From Hyaloraphidium curvatum SAG 235-1 (taxonomy: Eukaryota; Fungi; Monoblepharomycota): a DNA stretch of 64,000 nt. The position numbers and the translations under genes were made by a program. Location of the stretch: the NCBI GenBank assembly GCA_025558095.1, contig JAIVFI010000005.1, forward strand, positions 124,001-188,000. Reading direction: 5' to 3'. This document shows, piece by piece, positions 42,072 to 53,077 of this stretch (the stretch's first letter is position 1; each line of letters starts with the position of its first letter). Under the pieces are notes generated by a model. The model was given only the letters and a program-made list of their open reading frames with translations. It was not told the origin of the DNA and did no database searches.

Positions 42072-43864
42072 AACACCCCTACGGCCCTGGCGCACCATCC
42101 CTCCGCCCTCTCCGGGCAGACCATCCCGATGCCCTCCGCAGAGGGCTCCGGTTCCCCAGGGGCGACCACCGTGCACGCACGATCGGAGTACCAGGAGCAG
42201 CGCTGGGCGTCCGGGCCCTTGCATTGGGCCACCCGGCCGGATGCGCGAACGGCGACGTAGTTTCCCTTGTCCGCGCAGGAGCGGATGCAGGTCCAGGTCG
42301 AGGAAGGAGGGGTGGGCGAGGGCGGCGCTTGATTTGCAGAGGTGGCTTGCTGCTGCAACACCGTCGTGGTGGCGGCCCCATCAGGCGCGGCGTGGGGCGT
42401 CGTCTGGGTGAGGGTGGCCGACAGTTGTCCGCCGTTGGCATAGTCCCACTCTGGATGCTCCGAAAAGCGGCGCACGGATCTTGCGCACCAGACGTTGGTG
42501 CAGGGGCAGAGGCACGGGCGGTCGTCCAACAATTGGGTCGGGCTGCAGACCGCGCCTCCCGAGCCGCCCTCCGGGGCCGGAGCGGCGCCGCCGCACCGAG
42601 GCGTGTTGCTCCTGTCGCAGGTGGCTGGTGACGCCGCCTGGATAGTGCAACCTGCGTCCTCGTACGCATAGCAGCTCTCCGCGTCGGGCCCGCGGCACTG
42701 CAGCGTGTTGCGGCCGTCGGCATCCACCCGCCGGGCCCTCACGTACCCACCACAGATGACATTGCCCAGGCAGTGCCAGTCCGAAAGCGGCGAGAGGGTG
42801 CGCACCGGGCCGGGGGTGGTGGTCGTCGAAGTGTGTGTCTGAGTCATCGGCGGCGCGAGGCCGGGGCATTCGTAGCTTGGCGGGACGCCGCGCAGGGCGG
42901 CGTCCGCGGCAAGCTTACACCAGCCCGAGTCGGTCTGCGTGCAGGTGACGCCGTAAAGGCGTGCGCCATAGCCGCCGTCGGAGGACGGCGCCGGCTCCCC
43001 CGGGGCGAGGATGGAAAGGCCCATGTCCGTAAACCAGGAGCACCGCGAATTGTCGGGGAACGGGCCGTGGCACATGACCCCAAATCCCGCGCGCCTAATC
43101 CGGAGGTAGTTGCCCTTGTCCTCGCAGGAGCGGATGGCCATCCACGGCCCGTTCCAGGTCTCGCTACTAGAGGTCTGAGTCACGTAGGGACACGACTCCG
43201 GGATCTTGGGTGCCTTGAGGTAGTCGTAAACCTCGCTGCAGAAGCTGTAAGTCTCGTTCCACTTCAGTTCGGAATGCGTTTCGTTGATTGGAATGGCTCT
43301 ACCCGTGCAGTGGGCACCACCGTCTGCGACCGGATCCCCATTGTCGGCCGGCCCCGCGCAAAAGGGATCCGAGAACAGGCTGCAGGTCCCACTTGCCGGC
43401 CCGACGCAGCTCGCGTGGTAGCGGTCCGGGTTGTCGTTGAAGATCAAGGTGTCGATGCGCGCGGAAGCCCGTATCCACTTGCACCCGAGCGACGGCGCCC
43501 GGACGCACGAGCCCGTGCCGTTGTACTTGCCGCACGTGAAGCCCCACTGCGACCGGGAGGCGAGGCGGCGGCGGCTGTATTTGGCGTCCGGGCCCCCATT
43601 GTCGCACCACCCAATGCACTGCGATGCCTGGTAGTCCCCGTAGGAGCTGGAACTTTCCAGGCGGCACACCAAAAACCCCGTTGCGGGGTCGATGACCTCT
43701 TTCGCCGTAAAGGATGAGTGGCCGGTTGCCGCCGGCGTCGGGAGGGTGAGCAGAGCGGCCAGCACGGCGGCGGCCGTCGCACGGAGGAGGGCGGCGCCCC
43801 CGGCGCGGCGGAGCACTGCGGGCCCAAACTGGCGTCGCCGCGGCTGGTAATTCGGAAAGTTCAA
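41876..43864 (-). CDS. Secreted/GPI-type Cys-rich surface protein, copy 3 (no in-frame ATG before the signal peptide)
   Basis: Intact 662 aa frame colinear with copy 2; upstream frame is closed by TGA at 43943-43945 with no ATG. Confidence 0.7.
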   Translation of the reverse strand: MNFPNYQPRRRQFGPAVLRRAGGAALLRATAAAVLAALLTLPTPAATGHSSFTAKEVIDPATGFLVCRLESSSSYGDYQASQCIGWCDNGGPDAKYSRRRLASRSQWGFTCGKYNGTGSCVRAPSLGCKWIRASARIDTLIFNDNPDRYHASCVGPASGTCSLFSDPFCAGPADNGDPVADGGAHCTGRAIPINETHSELKWNETYSFCSEVYDYLKAPKIPESCPYVTQTSSSETWNGPWMAIRSCEDKGNYLRIRRAGFGVMCHGPFPDNSRCSWFTDMGLSILAPGEPAPSSDGGYGARLYGVTCTQTDSGWCKLAADAALRGVPPSYECPGLAPPMTQTHTSTTTTPGPVRTLSPLSDWHCLGNVICGGYVRARRVDADGRNTLQCRGPDAESCYAYEDAGCTIQAASPATCDRSNTPRCGGAAPAPEGGSGGAVCSPTQLLDDRPCLCPCTNVWCARSVRRFSEHPEWDYANGGQLSATLTQTTPHAAPDGAATTTVLQQQATSANQAPPSPTPPSSTWTCIRSCADKGNYVAVRASGRVAQCKGPDAQRCSWYSDRACTVVAPGEPEPSAEGIGMVCPERAEGWCARAVGVFSGEQAADPTCPTGSNAAGGTVASAASPTSSPADTGASGRPSGARRRAVSFALPVFAVAVVVAVV

Positions 43865-44193
43865 CTCTACGTCCGTTCGGTCGTCCGTTGCGGTCAGTTT
43901 CTTCGGAATGTGGTTGCGAAATGTGTTCGTTCGTGTTGGGAGTCACGATGTGGCGGAGCAACGGGTCCTTGCTGTCCCTTGCGGCCTGGTGGTCGGCTTA
44001 CGGATCCCAAATCCAGCGTCGGGAGTACGAGCCGCGGCATGCCACTGAACGCACCAGCGCCACTCGCTCCGTACGGGATTCCATCATCAGCTCAGAAAGA
44101 GCAGGGATGGCCGGCTCCGCAGGCCAGCCGACACCATTCGACCGCGGGACCAAACATGACCTCGATTCCTCCCCCAAGACCGCAACAATTGCA

Positions 44194-45195
44194 TCACGCA
44201 GCCGCACCCGCCGCATCCCCCGCACCGCCCGCCTCCTCGCCCTGCTCCGCACCGCGCCTGGCCGCGGGCTTCTTGGGGTACGACCGCAGCAACCACCTCG
44301 CGAACCTTGTTTGGCGCGGTCAGCCCCGGTCCCCGATCCGAGGCACGGAGGGAGGGAACCCACCCGACGGCGAGCCCGAGGTGCATCACCCCGCTCGCGA
44401 TCGCGCCCTCGCCGAAGCTCCGGCCCGCGGCGGCGGCCTGCGCGGCCTGGGTCGCGGCGGCGACGGCTGCTTCGGCCGCGGCTGGTACCATCCCGGCGGG
44501 AGGGTGGGAAGAGTGCGAGGCCGATTCGGCGCGGAGGAACTTGAAGAGGGAGACGAGGGGCACCGAGATGTGGTAGATCTGTGCGCGTCAGTGGATGCAG
44601 TACCGCCGGTCAGAAGCTCCGTTCGCCCGACGATGGCCGTCCGTCCACGCACCAGCGCGCCCACCGCGTAATCCCTCGCCGCCTGGTCCTCCCCTCCCCC
44701 CCTTCCCACGCCCCTGGCCCAGAAGATCACGCTGGGGATGCCGCCGAAGCACGCCGCGGCGAGCGCGAGCAGGTCGGTGGAGCGCGCGGGGACGCGGAGG
44801 ATCCACGGCTGCGTTTGCGGGGCCGGGGCGGCGGCGGGCTGGTTGCCGAAGAAAGGGGGGATGAGGCCGTGGTGCGCCGCGGCAGAGGGTGCCGGGGCGG
44901 CGGGGGCCGGGGCCGAGGGGAGGGGGACGGGGATCAGCGTGTCCCCCGAGACGGGGTCGACGACCGAGGCCGCGGTTCCCGCGCCGTTGGTCAGGGAGGC
45001 GCCGGAGGAGGGGGCGGGGAAGAAGGTCGGGACGAGGGAGAGGAAGCCGTCTGCCGGGGCACGGGGCGATCAGGGACGCCCTCCTGCGTCTGGACGGGAC
45101 GAACAGAAGAGTTCGACCAGTCCGTTCAAGAGGAACACGTCCGTGCCGATGATTTCTGCGCCGGTGAGCGCGTCGCCGTTGCCGGGGTCCGCCAT
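44194..45195 (-). CDS. Hypothetical multi-pass membrane protein, 3 introns
   Basis: Splices to MADPG...VFLLNGLVELFYGFLSLVP...LLALAAACFGGIPSVIFW...VGALIYHISVPLV...VMHLGLAVGFARWLL. Confidence 0.6.
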
Positions 45196-45322
45196 TGTCG
45201 CCGTGGAAGTGTCTGGGTGGACAGCTCAGCGGTGGGCTTCTCCGGCGCCAACACTAGCGATCCCGCAAACCATCACCAATTGTTCTATCCACCCTTGTGA
45301 TTAGTTCGAAAGTACATCCCGG

Positions 45323-46396
45323 CTACGCAGGCACCGTCTCCACCCCGTCCTTGGTCCACGGGATCTTCTCCATCCCGCCCGTGCCCGGGGTTTCCGCGTC
45401 CCCGGTGGGCGGTTCCGCCGGCGGCGTCGATGTCGGCTCCGCGGCGCCCGTCGATGTCGGCTCCGCGCCCGCCGTCGATGCCGCTGGAGCAGGCAGCGGT
45501 TCGTCCAGGCCGCCCGTGACCGGCTGGCCGGACGGGCGGAGGGGCTGGTCCAGACCGCCCGTGACGGGCGGGCGGGGGGGCAGAGAGGGGGGGAAGGGGT
45601 CCATGCCGCCCGTGACGGGGGGTTTTCCGAAGGGCGGGGGTTCCAGGCCGCCGGTGACGGGCGGGCGGCGCGTGGGCACGGGGGAGGCCGCGGCGGCCGG
45701 GGATGTCGACGCCGCCGCGTCCTCCGGGGCTGCGGCCGTCGGCGCCGGCCGGGGCGTGCGCACCCCCGGTATGGGAACAACGGTCTCCGCGCCCCCGATG
45801 TCGGCGTTGCACGCGCACGCGGCGTCCTGCGCGCGGCAGTACGCCGGGCGGCCCCACGATGCGGCCGCGGCGGCGTACCGCGCGTTTGCCGCGTTCCGGC
45901 AGAAATCGCGCGCGGCGGGGCGCTGCGCCATGCACGCGGCCAGCATGCGGTCGTAGAATGCGCGGTCGCACGCCGGTTGGGGCCGGCCGCACGTCGCATA
46001 GCATTGCTGGAGGGTGGTGAAGGCGGGGGCGAACATCGCCGGCGGCGGGGGCAGCTGCACCGCCGCCGGGTCCGCCGACAGCCCGCGGCGGTCCGCGCGC
46101 CCGCAGACGCCGCAGGCGAACCCGAGGCCGGCAGGGAACGCCGGCGCGGCGGGCGGGAAGGTCGCGTTGCGGCGGGCCATCGTCCGCACGGTGTGGCGCA
46201 GCACCTCGGCCGCCGTGCGCAGGTTGGACGGGTACTGCACGTACGGCAGCCGCGGCACCGGGGGCCCGGCGAGGAGGGCGTAGTCGGTGTTGTACGTGCG
46301 CGTGGTGGTCCGCGGGAGCAGCGGGCCCGGGGCGGCGGAACCCGCGAGCGCAGCCGGGAGCAGGAAAAGCAGGAGGAGGAAGGTGCGGCGTGCCAT
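45323..46396 (-). CDS. Secreted group XII phospholipase A2-like protein lacking the catalytic His-Asp, with PVTGG repeats
   Basis: Signal peptide; CYATCG...CDRAFYDRMLAAC...C...A...Y...G..AY..AQ.AACAC pattern. Confidence 0.65.
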   Translation of the reverse strand: MARRTFLLLLFLLPAALAGSAAPGPLLPRTTTRTYNTDYALLAGPPVPRLPYVQYPSNLRTAAEVLRHTVRTMARRNATFPPAAPAFPAGLGFACGVCGRADRRGLSADPAAVQLPPPPAMFAPAFTTLQQCYATCGRPQPACDRAFYDRMLAACMAQRPAARDFCRNAANARYAAAAASWGRPAYCRAQDAACACNADIGGAETVVPIPGVRTPRPAPTAAAPEDAAASTSPAAAASPVPTRRPPVTGGLEPPPFGKPPVTGGMDPFPPSLPPRPPVTGGLDQPLRPSGQPVTGGLDEPLPAPAASTAGAEPTSTGAAEPTSTPPAEPPTGDAETPGTGGMEKIPWTKDGVETVPA

Positions 46397-47171
46397 CGCG
46401 GGGGCGGCGGCGGCCGGAGGATGGGCAGGAAGAGAGGGCCGATGGAGGGTGACGTTGGGCGGTGGGAGCCGTCGGCCGGTCGGTCCCTACCAGGGTCCGA
46501 TGCCCTACCACCCGCTGGCCCGCTACCAGCGACAGCAGGACAGCGGCCTCCGAGACAGCTATACTGCAATGGATGTGTGCATCGGAGGGTGCGACCTTTT
46601 GGGCCCGCGGGCCCGCGAGTGCCCTTCCAGACCGAGTCAGGCACCGGCCGCGGGTCCTTCACCGCGATCCGCGATCAGCTCGGGTCCCCAAACCATGTAA
46701 TTACGCGTGCTTTCTCATCTGCCGGCGAACGGGGTCCGACTGGCTCCTTCGGGGGGCAGCGGGCCGCCCGTCCGAGCTCCGCATGACGCGCACCGCGCGA
46801 CCTTCCCGGGACCTTATCGGGGGCTCCACGGGCCAGAAGACGCCGAACTTCTTGTCCGGCGACCTAGAACGGGGGAAAAGGAGGTGCAGTTGTCACCCTC
46901 TCTAGGCCGGGACGGCCCTAGAAGTGCCCCGGAACCGCTTCTTCCGCCACGACCAACGAATCCACCCCGTCAGGCCCCGCGCCCTGTGCATCCTTTCCTC
47001 ATCCGCTGTCCAAGCCCCGAATCGGGACAATCGAAGCCGGTTTCAGTCCAGGGAGCGGCCCGATCCGCGGCAGATTTGGAGCCCAGCACCGCGCGCCTCA
47101 ATCAGTCAGGCTCTCGAGATCTCCGCCGGCGGCCGGCCCCCTCCTCCCGGCCCGCCGCCCGCGCATCCGCC

Positions 47172-48301
47172 ATGACTCCGCCTCCGTCCGACCCGCTGCC
47201 GGCAGCGGCGCCCGAGGACGACGAGGCCTCGGTCGGGGGCTCCTCCACCGACCGCCGGTCTTCCGTCGCGGGCTCCGCATCGTCCGCGCCCGACCCCGCC
47301 GACGCCGCGCCGCCCCTCCCCGCGTTCGACGACGACGCGCGCTTCCGCCCGCTCCCGCGCTCCCCCCCGCCCGCCCGCCCGCTGCTCCCCATCGCCGTCG
47401 CCGCCCTCCCCGCGCCGTCCCTCCGCGCACCCTCGCTGCTCGACGCCGCCTCCGTCTCCGCCTCCGTCTCCACGCGCCTCGAAGGCGACATCGAAGTCGA
47501 CCTCGACGCGCCCACGGAGCTGCTCTCGCTGCACCGCACGGAGTCGGACGCCCGCACGCTCGCGTCGCGCAGGCACGGCTACTCGTCGGGCTCGTCGGAC
47601 GAGGAGGAGGGCAAGGGCGACGCGGGGAAGCGCAAGGTCACGCGCAAGGGCGTGCTGCATTGGGTGCAGGCGACGGACACGCTGGTCGGGCTGTCGCTCA
47701 AGTACGGCGTGTCGGTGGGTTTCCTCCGTGCCTCCCCTCCGACGAAAGGAGAGGCTGACCGGCCCCGCACCCGCGGGGGAAAAAGGTCGAGAGCATCAGG
47801 CTGACCAACAAGCTCTACGGCTCGTCCATCTTTGAGCGCGGCTACCTGCTCGTCCCCGTGACCAACTGGACCGGGCCCACGCACTCGGTGCGCTCCGAGG
47901 AGGACGGTGCGCACCTCCCCACCCGGGGCCCCCCCTCTTCCGGCGCAATCTGACCCGCGGCCCGCTCCGCCGGCAGAGCGCAAGGCCCTCGTCAAGCGCT
48001 TCCAGCTGCTCGCCAAGTGCGTGCACCCCGAGGAAGCCCTGTCGTACATGCTCCGATTCGACTACGACCTCGACGCTGCGCTGGAGGCGTACTGGGCCGA
48101 CGCGCGGTGGGAGAGGGAGAACCCGTTCTCGGGGTGGGTTCCCTGCCGCGCCGCGCCGGCGGCACCGTGCTGACGGGCTCGTTGTGAAGGATCCCGCAGC
48201 ACCCGCAGACGGTGCCTAGGAAGCCCAAGCAGGAGAAGCAGCGCAAGGCGAGGGCGTGGGGGGCGCTGCGGAGCGCGCTGTCGTTTTCGTCGGCGTCGTG
48301 A
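47172..48301 (+). CDS. Intracellular LysM-domain protein with a UBA-like C-terminal segment; introns about 47715-47785, 47907-47975, 48134-48189
   Basis: HWVQATDTLVGLSLKYGVS/VESIRLTNKL...LLVP; ALSYMLRFDYDLDAALEAYWADARWE. Confidence 0.8.
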
Positions 48302-48520
48302 TGTGGCCGGCGGCCAAACTTCCGAACGGGCGGATGGGAGGATCGGTGGGGACGGGGGAAGGGGCTGCGGGCATTTGGTCATCTTGTTTCTATGCGAGGT
48401 TAGACGGGGTTAACCCTTTGCGCGCCGCTTTTGGGCCGGATGTCTCGAGAACTTGTGCTTGGCATGCCGCCGTCCAGGGTGTTCAGGGATCCATCCGCGT
48501 TGCTTGGCAACACGCTGCCG

Positions 48521-50539
48521 ATGACTCCAACAGAACCGACATTCAGCAACCGATTTCCGAAGAAAACAACGACAATGAACGATAGAACGGACTCGGAATC
48601 GAACCTTCCCGAGCTCCTTCTTCGGCGGCGCCGGCCAGGAGCCGCCGCCCTCCTCCGCGCCGCGGCGGCCGCTGTGCTCGCCACGCTGCTCGCCCTCCCG
48701 GCACCGGCGGCGGCGACCAGCCACACCGATTCCTCGGACGTAGAGGTCATCGACCCCGCCACGGGCTTCTTTGTGTGCCGCCACACGACCAGCGGGTCCT
48801 ACGGCAGCTACAGGGCGTCGCAGTGCATCGGGTGGTGCGACTCCGGCACCGGCCACTCCGTCAGCCGCCGCCGCCTCGCCTCCCGATCGCAGTGGGGCTT
48901 CACGTGCGGAAAATACAACGGCACGGACTCGTGCGTGAGGGTGCCCTCGTTGGGGTGCAAGTGGGTCCTTGCGTCGGCGGGCATGGCTCGTCGAGATCAC
49001 GTACCGGTTCGGGGCGAGCTGTGCCGGCCCGGCGAACGGGACCTGCAGCCTGTTTTCGGACCCCTTCTGCACGGTGGCCGAGAACGGGTAACCCGTCGCC
49101 GGCGGCGGTGCCCGATGCAACGGAAAGAACGTCCCACTCAACGCAACGCAGGCCATACCGTGGGACGAGAGCTACAGCTTCTGCAGCGAGGTCTACAACT
49201 ACCTCCTGTACCCCAAGAAACCGGATTCGTGCCCCGACGTGACCGAGACCTCGAGCAACGAGACCTTCCACGGGCAACGGATGGCGATTCGGTCGTGTGA
49301 GGACAAGGGCAACTACCTCCGGATCAGACGCGCTGGATTCGGGGTGATGTGCCACGGCCCATACCCCGACAATTCGCGGTGCTCCTGGTATACGGACATG
49401 GGCCTCTCCATCCTCGCCCCGGGGGAGCCGGCGCCGTCCTCCGACGGCGGCTATGGCGCACGCCTTTACGGCGTCACCTGCACGCAGACCGACTCGGGGT
49501 GGTGCAAGCTCGCCGCGGACGCCGCCCTGCGCGGCATCCCACCGGACTACGAGTGCCCCGGCCTTGCGCCGCCAATGACCCAGACGCTCACCTCCACGAC
49601 CACCACTCCCGGCCCTGTGCGCACCCTGTTGCCGCTTTCTGACTGGCAGTGCTTGGGAAACGTGCTCTGCTTCGGGTACGTGAAGGCGCGGCGGGTGGAT
49701 GCCAACGGCCGCAACACGCTGCAGTGCCGCGGGCCGGATGCGGACAGCTGCTGGGCGTAAAAGGACAGGAACTGCACCGTCCAGGCAGCCTGGCCGAGCG
49801 GTTGTCCTGACAGCAAGAAACGCCTATGCGGCCGCGCGGTGGCAGCCCGGGAAGACAGCTCGGGAGGCTACGTGCACCCCGACGGAGCTGATGGCCGAGG
49901 TCGGCCCGTGCATCTGCCCCTGCACGGAGATCTGGTGCGCGAGTGCTTTGCGCCAATTTGTTGCGCACCCGGAGTGGGACTACGCCAACGGCGGAGGGCT
50001 GCCGCCGGCTACGACGACTGCCTTGCAGCAGCAAGCTACCTCCGTCAACCAGGCGACGCCGGCCCCGACCCCGCCTTCCGACGCCGGCCCCGACCCCGCC
50101 TTCCTCGACCTGGACATGCATCCGCTCTCGCGCGGACAAGGGCAACTACATTGCTGTGCGCGCATCCGGCCGCGTGGCCCAATGCCAGGGCCCAGACGCC
50201 CAGCGGTGCTCATGGTACGCCGATCGGGCTTGAACGGTGCTGGCACCGGGGGAACCCGAACCTTCGATGGAAGGCGGGGGCATGGTCTGCCCGGAAAGGG
50301 CGGAAGGATGGTGTGCGAGGGCCGTCGCGGTGCTCAGCGGTGAGCAGGCTGCGGATCCTGCGTGCCCGACATCGAGCAACTCGGGCGAGGCTACGACGGC
50401 CTCTACTGCCAGGCCTTCGAGCACGGCTGCGAACAACGGGACGCCGGAGAGGCCGGGGGGGGGCGATCGGGCCGGATCGACCTCCCCGTTCGCGGCGCTG
50501 CCTGCTTTCGTCATCGCGCTGGCACTCGCGGCCGCATGA
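48521..50539 (+). pseudogene. Inverted pseudogene of the Cys-rich surface family (copy 4)
   Basis: Stops at 49089, 49758 and 50231; frameshifts at about 48985 and 49872; 25-bp tandem duplication 50055-50104. Confidence 0.9.
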
Positions 50540-51038
50540 GTACTCGATACCCGAATAACTCTTTGTACGCAACCTCTCTTCAATATCATTCCTTTCGTGT
50601 TGTTCTGTCCTCGTCTCCCGTCGGCCGCTCCTTTTCGCCCAATCGGCACGGCCAATTGGAGCTGCGGCCAGCACCGAAATAGGAAGGAACTCCCGTGGAC
50701 GGCGACATGCAGGACATTTGCGGGACGGAGCGGCAAAGGGACCACGAACCATCATGGGCCGGTTGGTGCCCTTGCGAAGCCAATCGATCTTTGAGGGATT
50801 CCGTCTGCTTAGCCTAGCGCGCCAGGGCGAGGGCACTGGGACAACCGGCAGCTAGAAATCGGTGCGTGAGATGGAATTCGGGCTGGCTCCGGAGCCAGAC
50901 GGGTGGTCAGACAGGATGCCAGTGGCCTTTCCTTGACTTGGCGTTGCGCAACGTCGGCGCACAGCCCAGAGGGACTGCGCAACGATTTCCGCGCCTCCGA
51001 ATGTCTGACGCGGGCGCCTGAAGAGACCTCGGATCGCG

Positions 51039-53077
51039 ATGGGGCGCGCTCTGCGCACACTTTGGCTGCTTTTGGCCGTCGCGTCGGGCGCGCTGCTGTT
51101 TGCCGGCCCCGCACAAGGCAGTGCCGCGTCCGACTGGAACGCGCTAGCTCTGCAGTACATCCGGCTGACGGGCACGTCGCCGCCGCGGGCGTCGCGGGCG
51201 CTGGCGATCCTGCACCTCGCGATCTTCGACGCCGTCAACGGGGCGCAGCCCCGGTACGCTCCGTATCTTACGCCGCGGTCGCCGGCCGCGTTCGGCGCCG
51301 GGCCCAAGGCGGCCGCAGCGGCAGCAGCCCAGGCCGTGCTCAATGCTTTGTGGCCGCAGCTGGCCGTGGAGACAAATTCGACGTTCGCCAGCAAGCTGCT
51401 CGAGTCGGAGGAGCCCCCGGAGGCGCTGGACGCAGGGGTGCGGTGGGGCAAGCGGGTCGCCGCAGCGCTGCTCGCCGCCAGGCAGGACGACGGCTCCGAC
51501 AGGGTGGTGGCTTACGACGCCCTCCCCGGGCCCTACGTGTGGTGGGTCTTCTCCGGGCGGCGGGCCGACCAGTCCGGCCCACTGGCCCTGCGAACCCTTC
51601 TGACTGCTCCTTTCCTCCCGCAATAAGGGTGCCAACCCTGCCCGCTTTTGCCCCCGCCCTCCTTCCCCAATGGGGCGGAGTCCGCCCCTTTGCTGTCCCC
51701 GCAATCCCCGGCGGCGGGGACGAGGACGCCGACGGCGAAGAGGACGGTCCGCCGTTCGCCGTCCGCGCCCCGCCGCCCCCCCTAGGCTCGGCCCGGTACG
51801 CGCGCGAGTTTTATGAGCTCGCCTCCATCGGCCGGATTGACTCGACCGTGCGCACGGAGGACCAGACCTTCATCGCCAAGTTCTGGGCCCAGGCAGCGGG
51901 AACCTCAACCCCGCCAGGGATGTGGAACTCGATCGCGGCGCGGTGCATCAAGGACGAAATCGCCCAGGGGATTAGCTGGCCACTGGTGAAGCAGGCCAGG
52001 CTGTTTGCCGTGCTCACGGCCGCCCAGGCCGACGGCGCTATCTCCTGCTGGTGGACAAAGTACCTTCACAACGGATGTGCGTCTCTTTGGGCATTGCACT
52101 CTCGCTTGCTTTTGCTTACCCGACTGCAGGGCGCCCCATCACCGCCATCCGCCTGGCCGACAACTCCACAAACCGTCGGCTCCCCGCCCCGGATCCGAAT
52201 TGGCTGCCCCTCATCCCGACGCCGCCTTTCCCGGGGTACACCTCGGGCCACTCGACCTTTTCGGGTGCCTCAGCGGCGGTTCTCGCTCAGGTCTTCGGCA
52301 AGGATGAGTTCACTTTCACGGGTATGCGTGCCCGCCCCGCCTCCGATGGCTCCGGTGACCCTTCCTCGCGTGCGCACGCAGCCTCGACCGAGTTCCCCGG
52401 CGTCCCGGACCGCACCTTCCCCTCCTTCACCTCAGCTGCCGCCGAGGCCGGCCTCTCCCGCATCTACGGCGGCATCCACTTCCCCGCCGACAACCTCCCC
52501 GCGCAGCGCATCGGCGCACGCATCGGCCGCTACTCCGCGCGCAACCTCGCCCGCCCCATCCGCCTGCCGTGCCCCGCTTTCGCATACGGCGGCTCGGCCG
52601 AGGGCAGGTGGACGGGCATCCCCGTGTTCGACTCGCCCGCGTGCGAGCAGCCGCTCAACCAGGGCGGTGCTGAGATCCGGCTCCGCGCGACTGGTGCCAG
52701 ACCCCCGGGAAGCTGCACGAGCCGGGGGAGGGTGCAGTACTACGACACCGGAGAGGGGAGATGGGCGACGGCGCCGGCGGACGGGGGTGTTGACTTGTGG
52801 GTTCCGTTGGCCTCGTTGCGCGCCATCGTTCATCGAGCTGACGAGCATGCGTGCACACAGCTACGCATCAGGCTCCGACCTGCGCAGGAGGTGCGTGGCG
52901 CCCTCGCCGGCGAGGGCGGGCTTCGCGGCGTCGCTGCACGGCGTCCCTCTCCGCCTGCGCATCTCGTGCGGGGAGGAGGGCTTCGTCTACTTCTTCTGGA
53001 GCCCCAGCGCGGGTGCTGCGGGGGTGGAAGGGGTGCCGCGGGTCGAGTGCGATGACGACCGGGCGCTTTGGAACTAG
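51039..53077 (+). CDS. Secreted vanadium-dependent haloperoxidase / PAP2-superfamily protein; introns 51542-51627, 52077-52129, 52322-52381, 52797-52860
   Basis: Signal peptide; PPRASRALAILHLAIFDAVN; AKFWA...TPPGMWN; KYLHNGWRPITAI; TPPFPGYTSGHSTF; SRIYGGIHF. Confidence 0.88.

Noticed and set aside
49089-50233. Stop-codon reassignment or readthrough (TAA=Tyr, TGA=Cys) in copy 4
   Set aside because: The same copy also has frameshifts and a 25-bp duplication, and neighbouring genes end at normal stop codons
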